Source of the DNA: Spirochaetota bacterium
Lineage (GTDB): Bacteria > Spirochaetota > UBA4802 > UBA5550
Direction of reading: 5' to 3'
DNA: 64,000 bases
Assembly (NCBI GenBank): GCA_963664815.2
Contig: CAXXHB010000003.1
Location: 1,984,001 to 2,048,000 of the forward strand
The notes below the pieces were generated by a model, which was given only the letters and a program-made list of their open reading frames with translations, made no database searches and was not told the DNA's origin. Shown here one piece after another: positions 1 to 12,405 of this stretch (its first letter is position 1; each line of letters opens with the position of its first letter). Both the position numbers and the translations under genes were made by a program.

Positions 1-644
1 CCTCCGGTGCCATGCTCTGAACCGGTACCACCGGATTTTTTACGTATATCGTCAGTTATTTTAAATATCTCATAAACAGGTTCAGGATCACCCATGTTAT
101 CGTAGAAACCGTCTATATCGCTTAGAAGTATAAGAAGATCCGCCTCTATGAGGTTGAAAACATGAGCAGAAAGAGTGTCGTTATCGCCAAATTTTATTTC
201 AGACACGGTTACAGTGTCATTTTCATTTATTACAGGAATTACTCCCATTTCAAAGAGAGCATACATGGCATTTCTTGCATTCAGGAAACGTTTTCTGTTT
301 CTCATGTCGTCTTCAGTTAGGAGGATCTGTCCTATATTATAGCCGAGTTTATCAAAAGACTTTCTGTATTCGTTCATCAGAACAGCCTGACCAACCGCTG
401 CGAATGCCTGCTTTTCAGGCATGGAGAGATTTTTTCTGTTTTGCTTCAAAACTCCGGCTCCGGATGACACAGCACCTGATGTGACTATAGCCACCTCGTA
501 GCCCATCTTTTTTAGTCCGGCAATGTTTGATACAAAACGTGATATTTTCTGAGAAGATATTGCATCGGATTCAGTAAGAGAGGATGATCCTATTTTTACA
601 ACAATCCTTTTAACATTACGTAAATATTCATTCCTTCTCATCAT
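1..644 (-). CDS. proB: glutamate 5-kinase (5' part; runs off the window)
   Basis: Manual translation from ATG 644 gives MMRRNEYLRNVKRIVVKIGSS, with a later NENDTV...FGDNDTLSA motif. The start overlaps the obgE stop, and obgE-proB synteny is common. Confidence 0.93.
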   Translation of the reverse strand, partial: MMRRNEYLRNVKRIVVKIGSSSLTESDAISSQKISRFVSNIAGLKKMGYEVAIVTSGAVSSGAGVLKQNRKNLSMPEKQAFAAVGQAVLMNEYRKSFDKLGYNIGQILLTEDDMRNRKRFLNARNAMYALFEMGVIPVINENDTVTVSEIKFGDNDTLSAHVFNLIEADLLILLSDIDGFYDNMGDPEPVYEIFKITDDIRKKSGGTGSEHGTG

Positions 645-1636
645 TCCTTTTCATCACTCCTCTCCATCAGTTTTCTGATTTCTGAATATAGAAGTTTAAG
701 TTTGTCATCCAGCAATACTGAAATTGGAATCACATCTCCACCAAGTTCTTTAATTCTTGATGAAAGCTCATCTTCAGTAATCAGATCAATTTTTGAAAGA
801 ATAATTTTACTTCTTTTATTAAGAAGTTCAGGATTATATGTCTTCAGTTCGCTTTTCAGAAGTTCAAGGCTGTATTTCAGGTTATCTTCCGATGAATCGA
901 GTATATACAATATACATTTAACCCTTTCAATATGCTGAAGGAAAGATAAACCAAGTCCGTGCCCCATATGGGCACCCTCTATAATTCCAGGTATATCTGC
1001 AATCTTGTAAACGATGCTGTCATTATACTCAACAACTCCAAGGTTTGGCGTAAGCGTCGTAAAGGGATAATCTCCGATTTTCGGATTGGCATTTGTTATC
1101 GCCCCCAGAAGCGTCGATTTACCCGCATTTGGAAGTCCTACAAGCCCGATATCAGCAATCAGTTTCAGGTTGAGATTTACTGAAAACTCCTCCCCCGGCA
1201 TTCCAGGCTGAGCAAATCTAGGAGTCTGATGTGTGGCAGTTTTGAAGAATGCGTTCCCACGGCCACCGGAACCTCCTGAAGCAACTTTAAATGGCATACC
1301 CTCATCTATAAGGTCTGCCATTATTTCATTGGTTTCTATATTCATAACAACTGTTCCGGGGGGTACTTTAATCACAAGATCCTCTCCATCTTTTCCATGC
1401 ATATTCTGTCCGGATCCATGGCCGCCGTTTTCAGCCTTATATATCCGGTCAGAGAAGAAATGCGAAAGGTTGTAATACCTTCTGTCTGCCTCAATATACA
1501 CATCTCCCCCTTTACCGCCGTCGCCGCCGTCGGGTCCACCATAGGGAATATACTTCTCTTTTCTGAAAGCAACCGATCCGGGCCCTCCATTACCCGCTTT
1601 TATATGTATTGAAATAATATCTGTAAATTTTGCCAC
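641..1636 (-). CDS. obgE: GTPase ObgE/CgtA (short form without C-terminal OCT domain)
   Basis: Gly-rich Obg fold (GGPDGGDGGKGG), P-loop GLPNAGKS, YPFTTL, DIPG. Confidence 0.97.
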   Translation of the reverse strand: MAKFTDIISIHIKAGNGGPGSVAFRKEKYIPYGGPDGGDGGKGGDVYIEADRRYYNLSHFFSDRIYKAENGGHGSGQNMHGKDGEDLVIKVPPGTVVMNIETNEIMADLIDEGMPFKVASGGSGGRGNAFFKTATHQTPRFAQPGMPGEEFSVNLNLKLIADIGLVGLPNAGKSTLLGAITNANPKIGDYPFTTLTPNLGVVEYNDSIVYKIADIPGIIEGAHMGHGLGLSFLQHIERVKCILYILDSSEDNLKYSLELLKSELKTYNPELLNKRSKIILSKIDLITEDELSSRIKELGGDVIPISVLLDDKLKLLYSEIRKLMERSDEKE

Positions 1637-1651
1637 TTAAATATCTCCGTA

Positions 1652-1686
1652 TAAAAAACAAAATCGCGTATGTAACCATACGCGAT
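1652..1686 (-). terminator. intrinsic terminator between rpmA and obgE
   Basis: ATCGCGTATG-taac-CATACGCGAT 10-bp stem followed by a T-rich tract on the minus strand. Confidence 0.7.
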
Positions 1687-1720
1687 AATTATTTAATTTT
1701 ATTTTATTTCAAAGAAAAAA

Positions 1721-1978
1721 TCAGGCTGCCGGATATACGGACACCTTTTTTCTTTTTTTATCATATCTTTCAAAAGTAACAAATCCGTCAACAGTCGCAA
1801 AAAGTGTATCATCGCCGCCCTTACCAACATTAGTTCCGGGATGAATTTTTGTTCCCCTCTGTCTTACTATAATACTCCCCCCTTTCACAAACTCACCACC
1901 GAATTTTTTGACTCCAAGTCTTTGTGAGTTTGAATCTCTTCCATTTCTGGTGGAACCACCACCCTTCTTATGTGCCAT
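1721..1978 (-). CDS. rpmA: 50S ribosomal protein bL27
   Basis: [16 protein letters not shown]...RLGVK signature. Confidence 0.99.
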   Translation of the reverse strand: MAHKKGGGSTRNGRDSNSQRLGVKKFGGEFVKGGSIIVRQRGTKIHPGTNVGKGGDDTLFATVDGFVTFERYDKKRKKVSVYPAA

Positions 1979-1989
1979 AATATAGCTCC

Positions 1990-2349
1990 TTAATCATTGA
2001 CAAATTCAATTTTTATTCTGTCGGGATATTCACCTTTAATTTCCGAAAAGCCTATTACAAGTGACTCTATCAACAGTTTCAGCTTTGCTCTATCTTCAGC
2101 AGAAACATTATCTAAAGTTATAAGAGTACTTAAGAAACCGTCGCTCCTGCCTATATGCTGTTTAATCCTTAAAGCCCTGTCAACAGTAAGTATAAAAGTC
2201 TGCGACAATGCAGAAACAGCCGAACAGAGAATATCATTTCCCTTTTTATTTAAACCTGAATGTCCGGATATTTCAATATATATAATACTAATTTCATTTA
2301 TATCAATACAATCGTTAAAAATAATATTTTTAAAGATTATATTAATCAA
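1990..2349 (-). CDS. prp: ribosomal-processing cysteine protease Prp (YsxB/DUF464)
   Basis: Lies between rplU and rpmA; SGHS...DILCSAVS contains the His/Cys catalytic pair. Confidence 0.88.
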   Translation of the reverse strand: MINIIFKNIIFNDCIDINEISIIYIEISGHSGLNKKGNDILCSAVSALSQTFILTVDRALRIKQHIGRSDGFLSTLITLDNVSAEDRAKLKLLIESLVIGFSEIKGEYPDRIKIEFVND

Positions 2350-2351
2350 AT

Positions 2352-2663
2352 TCAGCTGACTGTTACATCGCTTATTTTTAATTGCGAATACACTGCTCTG
2401 TGGCCAATTGTTCTTGTGTAGTTCTTTCTTTTCTTAAATTTTATGCCTGAAACCTTGTTACCCTTTATTTCACCAATTATTTCAGCTTTAATCTGCACAT
2501 TGTTTAAATAAGGTTTGCCGATCCTTACATCATCATTATTGGAATATAGTAATACTTTATCCAGAATTATATTGCTTTCAGCTTTTTTCAGTCTATCTAC
2601 ATTAACAATGGCGTCTTTCTCAATTTTATACTGCTTCCCTGCTATTTCGACTATCGCGTACAT
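2352..2663 (-). CDS. rplU: 50S ribosomal protein bL21
   Basis: MYAIVEIAGKQYK...KKRKNYTRTIGHR. Confidence 0.98.
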   Translation of the reverse strand: MYAIVEIAGKQYKIEKDAIVNVDRLKKAESNIILDKVLLYSNNDDVRIGKPYLNNVQIKAEIIGEIKGNKVSGIKFKKRKNYTRTIGHRAVYSQLKISDVTVS

Positions 2664-2721
2664 TTCTTTATCCTTTATTAGACTTGATAATGAGTTTAAA
2701 AAGATTCAAACCTTTTTAATC

Positions 2722-2795
2722 TGGGCCCACAAGGAATCGAACCTTGCACCTACTGATTATGAGTCAGCCGCTCTAACCTACTGAGCTATGGGCCC
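2722..2795 (-). tRNA. tRNA with CAU anticodon, most likely tRNA-Ile2 (lysidine); CCA not encoded
   Basis: Reverse complement GGGCCCATAGCTCAGTAGGTTAGAGCGGCTGACTCATAATCAGTAGGTGCAAGGTTCGATTCCTTGTGGGCCCA forms a cloverleaf with a CTCATAA anticodon loop. It resembles ileX-type tRNAs and lacks initiator features. Confidence 0.93.
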
Positions 2796-2878
2796 GCTAT
2801 TGCTTTTGCCATATATCTCTATCACTTTTTTTATGTCAAGAAAATATTGCAAAAAACCATTATGTGACATAAAAAAAC

Positions 2879-3436
2879 TTACTTCGTGATAAATTCAGTG
2901 TTATATGGATTATTGTCCCCTGACAATATCTTTTTATTTATCTCCTCCGCATCAGTGTAAGCTTCAATTATACCCACAAAATGTATTATTATCGAAATAA
3001 AAAGGAGAAAACATGTAAGGAGCAGATAGTTTTTATATTCTACACTTCCAGTCTCGGCAAGTGTGGTTTTAACCATAAAATAACCTGCAGCTGTATAACC
3101 TGCCCCAGCTGCAATACAGAACCCTACACCCTTCGCATCTCTGTTAAGATAAAAATGACCTCCACCAGGCACTATTACAGACAATAAACAGACTAACCTG
3201 GGATTTATCAGTTCTTTCTCATTTTTTACATCACCGGCTTTTACAGCCGGTTTTTCCTTCTCTTTTCCGGCAGGAATTTTATTATCCGGTTTTTCAATGT
3301 CGCTGTTCTTTTTAACAGAACTATTTGTCTGTTTGTCAGGTTTGATTTCCCCCAGAGTTATTGCTGATGCAGCGGGCATAAAATAAATACTCATCAAAAA
3401 AATAACACACGTAATGATTGAAATAAGTTTTTTCAT
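2879..3436 (-). CDS. hypothetical membrane protein (signal peptide, Lys-rich linker, TM2-like C-terminal helices)
   Basis: LSVIVPGGGHFYL motif followed by two hydrophobic segments. Confidence 0.6.
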   Translation of the reverse strand: MKKLISIITCVIFLMSIYFMPAASAITLGEIKPDKQTNSSVKKNSDIEKPDNKIPAGKEKEKPAVKAGDVKNEKELINPRLVCLLSVIVPGGGHFYLNRDAKGVGFCIAAGAGYTAAGYFMVKTTLAETGSVEYKNYLLLTCFLLFISIIIHFVGIIEAYTDAEEINKKILSGDNNPYNTEFITK

Positions 3437-3461
3437 CTGACGTCCTGTTTAAAAAATATAA

Positions 3462-4520
3462 CTAGAGAAATGATACTCTGTTTCTTCCCTCATTTTTTGA
3501 ATTATACAGAGCCCTGTCAGCGCGTTCAATAAACTTCTGTTTTGTTGTATCCATTGCAGGATCGAACTGTGCAACACCTACAGATATTGTTACGTTCAGT
3601 ACGTTCTCATTAAACCTTAGCGACGAAGATTCAATTGCTGACCTTATCCTCTCTGCAACTATTATGGCCTCATTTATATCTGTTTTAGGGAGAATAACTG
3701 CAAACTCCTCACCACCGTACCTCGCACCTATATCAATCAATCGTATATTTTCTTTGAAAACCGAGGCAACATTCATTAATACTTCATCACCGGCTACATG
3801 TCCGTAATGATCGTTAAATTTCTTAAAATTGTCAATATCCGCCATAATCAGAGAAAGCGGCCGTTCGTACTTCATTGACCTGTTTAACTCCTCTACAAGA
3901 ATCGTCTGAAAATAGTGATGTATTTTCAGCTTTGTCATCATGTCAGTTGTAGCCATTTCATAAAGCCTTGCATTATTTATGGCAATTCCCGCTAGTGAAG
4001 CTATGTTGAGAATGTATTCAATTTCAGATTCTGTAAACGATTCGTCGTTTATCCTGTCGCCAAGTATAATGATACCATTTATCTCCCCTTTACTCATAAG
4101 AGGCACAAGAATATCAGGCTTAAGAATTTTTATTACAGAAACAGAATCTTCGTCTACGTCATTTATTATCTCATCATAACTGTAGCACCTGTAGTCATTT
4201 TCAATGTATCTTACCAGAGATGAGTTTACAGGAAAGGAATATTCGACCGAATGATCAAGATCAAAACCTTTATAGTTTCTGTGAAGTGTGAATTTTTCAC
4301 CGCCCAACACCTTGACAAGAAAAATTCCGGCATTTAAAAGCTGAAGCTGCCCCATGCATGTCAGTAATATAGAATCAATGAGAATATTATAATCAAGGGT
4401 TGAATTAAGTCCCTTACTTATTTCAATAAGCTGCCTAAGGTCATATATTTTTTTTTCATACTGATCAATAAGCGGGGGAAATTTAATATCACCATCAAAT
4501 TTATCATAAGAATCCATCAT
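3462..4520 (-). CDS. GAF-GGDEF diguanylate cyclase (DgcA-like)
   Basis: GAF region, DIDNFKKFND, RxxD I-site (RLID), GGEEF active site. Confidence 0.93.
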   Translation of the reverse strand: MMDSYDKFDGDIKFPPLIDQYEKKIYDLRQLIEISKGLNSTLDYNILIDSILLTCMGQLQLLNAGIFLVKVLGGEKFTLHRNYKGFDLDHSVEYSFPVNSSLVRYIENDYRCYSYDEIINDVDEDSVSVIKILKPDILVPLMSKGEINGIIILGDRINDESFTESEIEYILNIASLAGIAINNARLYEMATTDMMTKLKIHHYFQTILVEELNRSMKYERPLSLIMADIDNFKKFNDHYGHVAGDEVLMNVASVFKENIRLIDIGARYGGEEFAVILPKTDINEAIIVAERIRSAIESSSLRFNENVLNVTISVGVAQFDPAMDTTKQKFIERADRALYNSKNEGRNRVSFL

Positions 4521-4724
4521 AATCCTCTCATAAAATTATTGATTAAGCAGATAAAAAACAATAAAAAACTATATTAAACTGCTTCGCTTATATATATAGT
4601 AAATCAATAATAAATCACTTGTAAACAGCCCATATAAAATGATTCAATAATAACCCATGAACTTTTATAATATATTACTCTCTTTTCAACTATCCGTCAA
4701 ATATGACAGAGAAAACAATATTTT

Positions 4725-5345
4725 TTAAATTTTAACATTACTATTTAACTTTGAGAAGTTTTCAATAATTTTCAAACCAGATTTGTGACTTTTTTCAGGA
4801 TGAAACTGGGATGCTACCATGTTTTTTTTACCGACAACACATGTGAAAACAGAACCATATTCAGATGTTCCTATGACCCAGCTGGAATCCTCAACTACCG
4901 GATAATAAGAATGAATAAAGTAAAAGTAGCTTAAATCCTCAACCCCATTAAAAAATGCCGAATCTTTATGAAGCTTTAACTGGTTCCACCCCATATGAGG
5001 AATTTTAAGGCTATCCTCTTTGAATTTTACGACTTTACCGGGAATAATATCAAGACCCGATGTATATGAAAACTCCTCACTTCCGGAAAAAAGAAGCTGA
5101 TAGCCGAGACATATACCCATAAAATAACCATCATTTTTAATGAAGTTTTTAAGCGGGTTAATCCAGTTATTCTTATAGAGATTCTCCATCGCCTGTGGAA
5201 ATGCACCGTCACCCGGGAGTACAACTCCCGTGGATTCATATATTGTATCGGGATTGCTGCTAACTACAACTTTTTCTGTATAAAGTTCAAAGGCTTTAGT
5301 GACAGAACGTAAATTACCCATCCCGTAATCAATAACTGTTATCAT
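4725..5345 (-). CDS. hisH: imidazole glycerol phosphate synthase subunit HisH
   Basis: IDYGMGNLRSV, GICLG, QFHPEKS. Confidence 0.97.
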   Translation of the reverse strand: MITVIDYGMGNLRSVTKAFELYTEKVVVSSNPDTIYESTGVVLPGDGAFPQAMENLYKNNWINPLKNFIKNDGYFMGICLGYQLLFSGSEEFSYTSGLDIIPGKVVKFKEDSLKIPHMGWNQLKLHKDSAFFNGVEDLSYFYFIHSYYPVVEDSSWVIGTSEYGSVFTCVVGKKNMVASQFHPEKSHKSGLKIIENFSKLNSNVKI

Positions 5346-5935
5346 CAGATAATCCCTTTTGTCGAAGGAACCGCTCCTTTAAGGTTTTCATCTATCATGA
5401 ACCCGTTATATAAAGCAAGCCCTACAGCCTTGAAGATAGATTCATGAATATGATGCCTGTTGTCACCATATTTCTGCACGATGTGAAGGTTAATCTCCGC
5501 GTTCTCTGCAAACGAACGAAAGAATTCCAGAGTCAGTTCTTCACTATATTCTTTTATATTACCTTTCAGATCAACACCGGAATATTTGAAAAAAGGTCTG
5601 CCGGAAAGATCAACTGCAGCAAGCGTAAGAGCATCATCCATCGGAATAATAACATGACCGAATCTCTTTATTCCCGACTTGCTGCCCATTGACTCTTTAA
5701 ATGCTTTTCCCAGACATATCCCTGTATCTTCAACAGTATGATGGTCATCAACATGAGTATCGCCTGTACATTTTATTTTCGCAAAAAAACGGCCATGCCT
5801 GGACATTGAATTCAGCATATGATCAAAGAATGGAACACCGCTTTGTATATCGGAAGAAGCGGGTTTATCAAGATTGATCTCTACACTTATGTCTGTTTCA
5901 AGAGTCTTCCTTTCGATAATAGAAATTCTGTCCAT
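5345..5935 (-). CDS. hisB: imidazoleglycerol-phosphate dehydratase
   Basis: FFDHML, DDHHTVED, NRHHIHES. Confidence 0.97.
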   Translation of the reverse strand: MDRISIIERKTLETDISVEINLDKPASSDIQSGVPFFDHMLNSMSRHGRFFAKIKCTGDTHVDDHHTVEDTGICLGKAFKESMGSKSGIKRFGHVIIPMDDALTLAAVDLSGRPFFKYSGVDLKGNIKEYSEELTLEFFRSFAENAEINLHIVQKYGDNRHHIHESIFKAVGLALYNGFMIDENLKGAVPSTKGII

Positions 5936-6149
5936 TAGTCATGTCCTTGTTTTGGAGAAATGCGATGTATTGAGCCTGTCGAAATAACAAGTAAGAACAT
6001 TTTTTTCATAATAAATTGCATTTTTATAAATAAAATTTGCCTGACTCATGTAATTTATATAAAGCCATGCTTATCAGTCAAGCCTTAAAATGGTATATAA
6101 TGTCTGGAATTCTAAACGGAATAAATTAAAGTAACAGAATGATTATAAC

Positions 6150-7676
6150 TCAATTATCATGGGAGTATTCATTCATAAATAAGCGGTAACTGCTCTTATA
6201 GTAGGAAAGGTAATATATATATCTGCCTGATACAAGTGACAACAGATTATAATTTTTATTCAAAATCACCGGTCTCTGGTTTCCAGATCTAGGGTCTATT
6301 GAGTAAATATTATAGAAGCCTCCTGTATTCATAGAGAAAAGAAGTTCATTTTCATTTCCAGGTTTAATACGGGAGATTCTCCCGGGTGAAGTATAAATCG
6401 TTTTTAAATCTCCGGACAAGATGTTTAATTCAATTATCCTGTAATCTTTTAACCGCGATACATAATAGAGTTTATCCTTCAGCAAAACAGGGGAAAAATT
6501 ATTTCCGGAATCCATCAGTATTGTAAGTTCCCCTGTGTTTATATTTATAGTATAAATATTGCTATTGATACCGCATGTTGCTGAAAAAACAACAGTCTCG
6601 GTATTCACTGGATTTATATCTGATATATATAGATATGGCACATTTAGCTTTCTTATTGAATCGCTTTCTGTATTATATAAATGAATTACACTTCCCGATT
6701 TAACGTTTTCAACTGTTCCAATAAGATTATTATTTAGAAATAACAGTGAGGAGAAAAAGCTTCCATTTTCAGATTTTTTTAGAACAAGTACTTTTTCGTC
6801 TTCACCTCTCTTCATTAAAATCCGGTATCTGCTTTCTCTCTCCTGTAAAACAGCCGATTGCCCGTTACCGGATATTGAAACTCCAATATCACTATAATCA
6901 TCAGACCTGCATACGATATTTACATCTTTACCCTGAAGTACCGGCCCCCTCTGTTTTTCTTTATCAATATATAATTTCAAACTGTATAGAATTTTCTCAC
7001 GGGAATCACCGGTTATTGCAGATAAAGATTCTAAAAAACCGTTGTAGTAATCAGCATCTTTCAGAGACTGGATCATTATGTTTTTCCCGTAAGTGGTTAT
7101 GATGAAATTAATAACAACCGTGTAAATGTCTTTCTGTTCATTACTGTCCAGACTTTTTATTTTATTAAAATCGATTTCTGTTAATTTTGATGTATGAACA
7201 AGATCACGCAGTATAATATCAATAAAGGATTGTTCCATCTTGGGGTATTGTATAATTGCATCGATGAATGGTTCTTCAATTACCGACGTACCTTTCCCAT
7301 CATTCATCAATTTCCTCAGATTTATAAGAAATACTTTACGGTAGAGAGCTTCGGCTGTTTTATTAAAATTGCATTCAGAGATTATTTTTAATTCATTGCT
7401 GAAAATGCTTAACGGAGTATTTTCATTAGAATTTTCAGTTACAACAGAAATATTTATTTTTTCCAAAGGATCAATTTCAAGGAAAGACGAAATAATTTCA
7501 TAATCGGATTCAAGCTTAACTGCCAGGGCTGCTGAAAAACCGCTGTTAACGGGATTGTATTTAATATTAAAATGAACAGTTTCAAGCATCTTACCTGCAT
7601 AGAGAGGCATACAGGGTAATAATAAAGCAAAAATCAGCAATGCACTTTTTTTAAGATAAAAGTTCAGGTTTTCCAT
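6150..7676 (-). CDS. secreted hypothetical protein with TolB-like beta-propeller C-terminal half
   Basis: Signal peptide; repeated SNIYTINI / NFSPV / YNIYSID blade-like motifs. Confidence 0.5.
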   Translation of the reverse strand: MENLNFYLKKSALLIFALLLPCMPLYAGKMLETVHFNIKYNPVNSGFSAALAVKLESDYEIISSFLEIDPLEKINISVVTENSNENTPLSIFSNELKIISECNFNKTAEALYRKVFLINLRKLMNDGKGTSVIEEPFIDAIIQYPKMEQSFIDIILRDLVHTSKLTEIDFNKIKSLDSNEQKDIYTVVINFIITTYGKNIMIQSLKDADYYNGFLESLSAITGDSREKILYSLKLYIDKEKQRGPVLQGKDVNIVCRSDDYSDIGVSISGNGQSAVLQERESRYRILMKRGEDEKVLVLKKSENGSFFSSLLFLNNNLIGTVENVKSGSVIHLYNTESDSIRKLNVPYLYISDINPVNTETVVFSATCGINSNIYTININTGELTILMDSGNNFSPVLLKDKLYYVSRLKDYRIIELNILSGDLKTIYTSPGRISRIKPGNENELLFSMNTGGFYNIYSIDPRSGNQRPVILNKNYNLLSLVSGRYIYYLSYYKSSYRLFMNEYSHDN

Positions 7677-7684
7677 TTATAAAT

Positions 7685-8365
7685 TTAAAAATCGCCGAGA
7701 AAATAAAGAGATTTAATCTCTTCAGAACTGACTCTACCTTCGTTTATAATATCCAGTTTGTCACAGCTTACATCAATCAATGTAGGGAGTGAGTGGTTTT
7801 TGTTAAACTCGTTAATTATAAGAATGGAACATATATCCTTGAATTTTTTAAGTATATCGCAATCTGTAAAAATCATCTCCTTCATTGAAGACCTGGCCGG
7901 CATATATACTATGGGCATTCCAACACCATTTACAATATCAAGTATATATTTATGTCTGGGCATCCTCATAAAAAGATTTGAATCGGATGAACATTCCCTG
8001 TTTTTCAACTGGACTATAACTTCACCAGGCCATACTCTTTTCAGAAAATTATATATAAACTTATCGACAAGAGCCATCTCTTCAAGCATCTTGAAGTTGG
8101 ATATTATAATTTCAATATTGTCATCAGGTTCGCCGGAAAGATTTATTATTTCATCAATAATATCTCCCCGCCTCAAGCCTACAAAACCGTATACAGAATC
8201 AATAGGCATTATTACAAGTTCACCCGCTTTAATAGATCTTATAATATTATCTACATTATTTGGCGGAATAGAACCGTCTTTTTTTAATTTTTTTATGTCA
8301 TGAATGACGTGTTTACTTTTAATTTTACTATTAATATTAACTTTATTTTTACTGGCTTGCATCAT
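7685..8365 (-). CDS. divergent Sua5/YrdC (TsaC)-family protein
   Basis: GELVIMPIDSVYG, WPGEV, RMP and PTLID motifs. Start set at ATG 8365 after a GGGAG RBS. Confidence 0.75.
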   Translation of the reverse strand: MMQASKNKVNINSKIKSKHVIHDIKKLKKDGSIPPNNVDNIIRSIKAGELVIMPIDSVYGFVGLRRGDIIDEIINLSGEPDDNIEIIISNFKMLEEMALVDKFIYNFLKRVWPGEVIVQLKNRECSSDSNLFMRMPRHKYILDIVNGVGMPIVYMPARSSMKEMIFTDCDILKKFKDICSILIINEFNKNHSLPTLIDVSCDKLDIINEGRVSSEEIKSLYFLGDF

Positions 8366-8904
8366 CGCACAATCTCTCCCTGCAATAATTAATACCATTT
8401 AAGAGGTTATGAACAATTCTTCCGGCAACATTGTCTTCACATATCTGAAAATGACTGTAATGCTGATGGAGGCACTTGATGTTATTAATTTCTTTTATGC
8501 CTCCTATTCCGGAGTTGAGAACCTTTGTATTAAATTCAAGGGAACTTATCTCTCCAAACTCCCTGGAATAAAGGTTTCTTCTTAAATAATAATAACTGGC
8601 ATGCGCGTTTTTCATAAGTTCAATTAAGCTTCTATCCGAATTTATTAAGTCTGTTATCTTCTTAATATAACCAATAGATTCAAAATCGTGTATTTTTTTA
8701 TTTAAAAAAGGGCATGTTAACCACAGCGGATTTGAAATTGCCATAAAATTAAGCTTTTTTTTACTACCAGGTTCAGTACATTCAACAGGATTTAATAAAA
8801 TTATTACCGGGTACCCGTAAACACATTTTCTTACTATACCTGTCATATTTACACAGTCAGTATTCAACTGCCATTTAATTACATTTAAATCATTATGGTC
8901 GAAT

Positions 8905-8924
<20 letters not shown>
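8349..8924 (-). CDS. DUF501 family protein
   Basis: CVYGYP, WLTCP, GIGG...KCLH motifs; downstream of eno-ftsB. Confidence 0.85.
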
Positions 8925-10666
<1,742 letters not shown>

Positions 10667-10826
10667 TTAAATCTCAAATTTTAGCTTAAAATAATCTAAA
10701 GATTAATTTAAAATACAGAAATGATAATTATTGAATAATAAAACATGATCCCTTAATCAAGTTTTTATTACAATTATTTTTAATTGCCAGCTATTATTTA
10801 TTTACTAACATTTTCCGGGAATCATG

Positions 10827-11993
10827 CTAAACGGCGCAAAAATTCTTGTACCTCTCCCTTGCAATGGAATATATATCTTTTATAAGAACCTTCGGATCAT
10901 CAATATATTTATGCATCCTGTTAAAAATCAGTCCTCTCACCATGCTTATATTCACTGTTGACGCCCCAAGAAGAACATTTATCTCTCTTTCCAGAGATGC
11001 GTAGGAATCTTCAGAATGTTCAATTTTAAGACCTATAATATTTTCCTGCATCTGCCTGTGTTCAAGCTCCAGTTCGATCAAATCTTTATTTTTTTCCTTT
11101 TTATAAGAATATACTATCAATGACGGCAGGTTTTCCTCATATTTGTCAGACATGAGAAAACTCTCCAGTTCATTATCATAATTTAAAAGAACAAGGAGTG
11201 ATTCCAGCGTTGATCCATAAAGGGAAAACATTGGTTTACCCATCAGGCCTTCGGCAGGATTAAAAGCTATCGAGTTATATGTTGTAAATGTGTTGGAACC
11301 AGCTTCACCGCGTCCTATATAAAGAACATCATCATTTCTGTAATCCATCTCTGCCATAATCTTCTCAATTGCGAGGCTTCTCCGGTTACCTGAAATAAAC
11401 TTTATTATATCACCGGTGAAAATCTCACGGTTATTAATGACAGCTTTTTTATATTCTGTTGCAAGAAGATTGATCTTACCCAATCCCATCCTTTTCATAT
11501 ATTCGATTGAAATTTCAAATGGGATTGCCGTAAAAACAAGAGGATTGTACTGCTTTGTATATCTGATGAAAACTTCCGATCCGGGGAATAGCCTTGCTTT
11601 GCGTCCTATTGTTGAAATGCATTCAACAGGAACCCCCTTAAAAAGAAAATCGGGATAATACACTGCAAGTTTGAAAAATGAAAACGGAATGTCTCCTTCT
11701 TCAGAAATCTTTCTGTTATTTTTGTCTATTATACCTTCAAGCTTTGCGACATCCTGATCCAGAAGAACAGCATCAATAAGATTATTATAATCTCCAAGTT
11801 CAAGAAAATCTCCCATTCCAAGAAACATTTTTTTTGGACGTGTAAGAAGCTTTGTCGTTTCTTCAATAAAAGTCTTTTTATCAAGGTGATGATGTTCAAA
11901 TCCTTCATTGAAACCATGATTGATTACAAGTTCATATTTTTTATCATTTTCATTCATAAAATGTTTTCCCGACTGAAAACTCCCGGTGTCCAT
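10827..11993 (-). CDS. hypothetical protein with degenerate HAD (SerB-like) fold
   Basis: LFPG, FTG and VLYIGRG pattern resembles phosphoserine phosphatase, but the catalytic aspartates are absent. Confidence 0.5.
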   Translation of the reverse strand: MDTGSFQSGKHFMNENDKKYELVINHGFNEGFEHHHLDKKTFIEETTKLLTRPKKMFLGMGDFLELGDYNNLIDAVLLDQDVAKLEGIIDKNNRKISEEGDIPFSFFKLAVYYPDFLFKGVPVECISTIGRKARLFPGSEVFIRYTKQYNPLVFTAIPFEISIEYMKRMGLGKINLLATEYKKAVINNREIFTGDIIKFISGNRRSLAIEKIMAEMDYRNDDVLYIGRGEAGSNTFTTYNSIAFNPAEGLMGKPMFSLYGSTLESLLVLLNYDNELESFLMSDKYEENLPSLIVYSYKKEKNKDLIELELEHRQMQENIIGLKIEHSEDSYASLEREINVLLGASTVNISMVRGLIFNRMHKYIDDPKVLIKDIYSIARERYKNFCAV

Positions 11994-12405
11994 AAATCAG
12001 TTACAACCACAGGAAACGATACATTTAGGAATTATAAAAAACCAAATTATATCTTTCCGGGATGAAAAGTCAGATATTTTTAATTTACTATAATATTTGA
12101 CTTTTAAATCAGAACAGCTGTTTTGTTATGATACCGCTCAAGCAATATATAGTACTCCCGGATTTGAGTTGAAAAAAAATGTTAATTCATTCATTAATTA
12201 CTGTATATTGTAATCGTGATCCGTTTAGTAAATAAATATTATATTTCAAATTAATCCTTATACAATCTTTACAAGATCCGAGAATTAAATAAAGTATCTT
12301 AGTCTGGAAATTGATTTATTAAAAATTGTACTACAAATAAATAAATTGACATCTTTTAATCCCGGCAAGATATAGTCATAAAATTTAATAGTCATAAAAT
12401 AATCA

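Noticed and set aside
275-484. 69-aa plus-strand ORF
   Set aside because: Antisense shadow of proB, which occupies 1-644 on the minus strand
5966-5988. GTATTGAGCCTGTCGAAATA, similar to a REP-like half repeat seen in other bacteria
   Set aside because: Single copy in the window with no partner arm
5939-6010. Short ORF upstream of hisB as a His attenuator leader
   Set aside because: Only one His codon and no terminator/antiterminator pair
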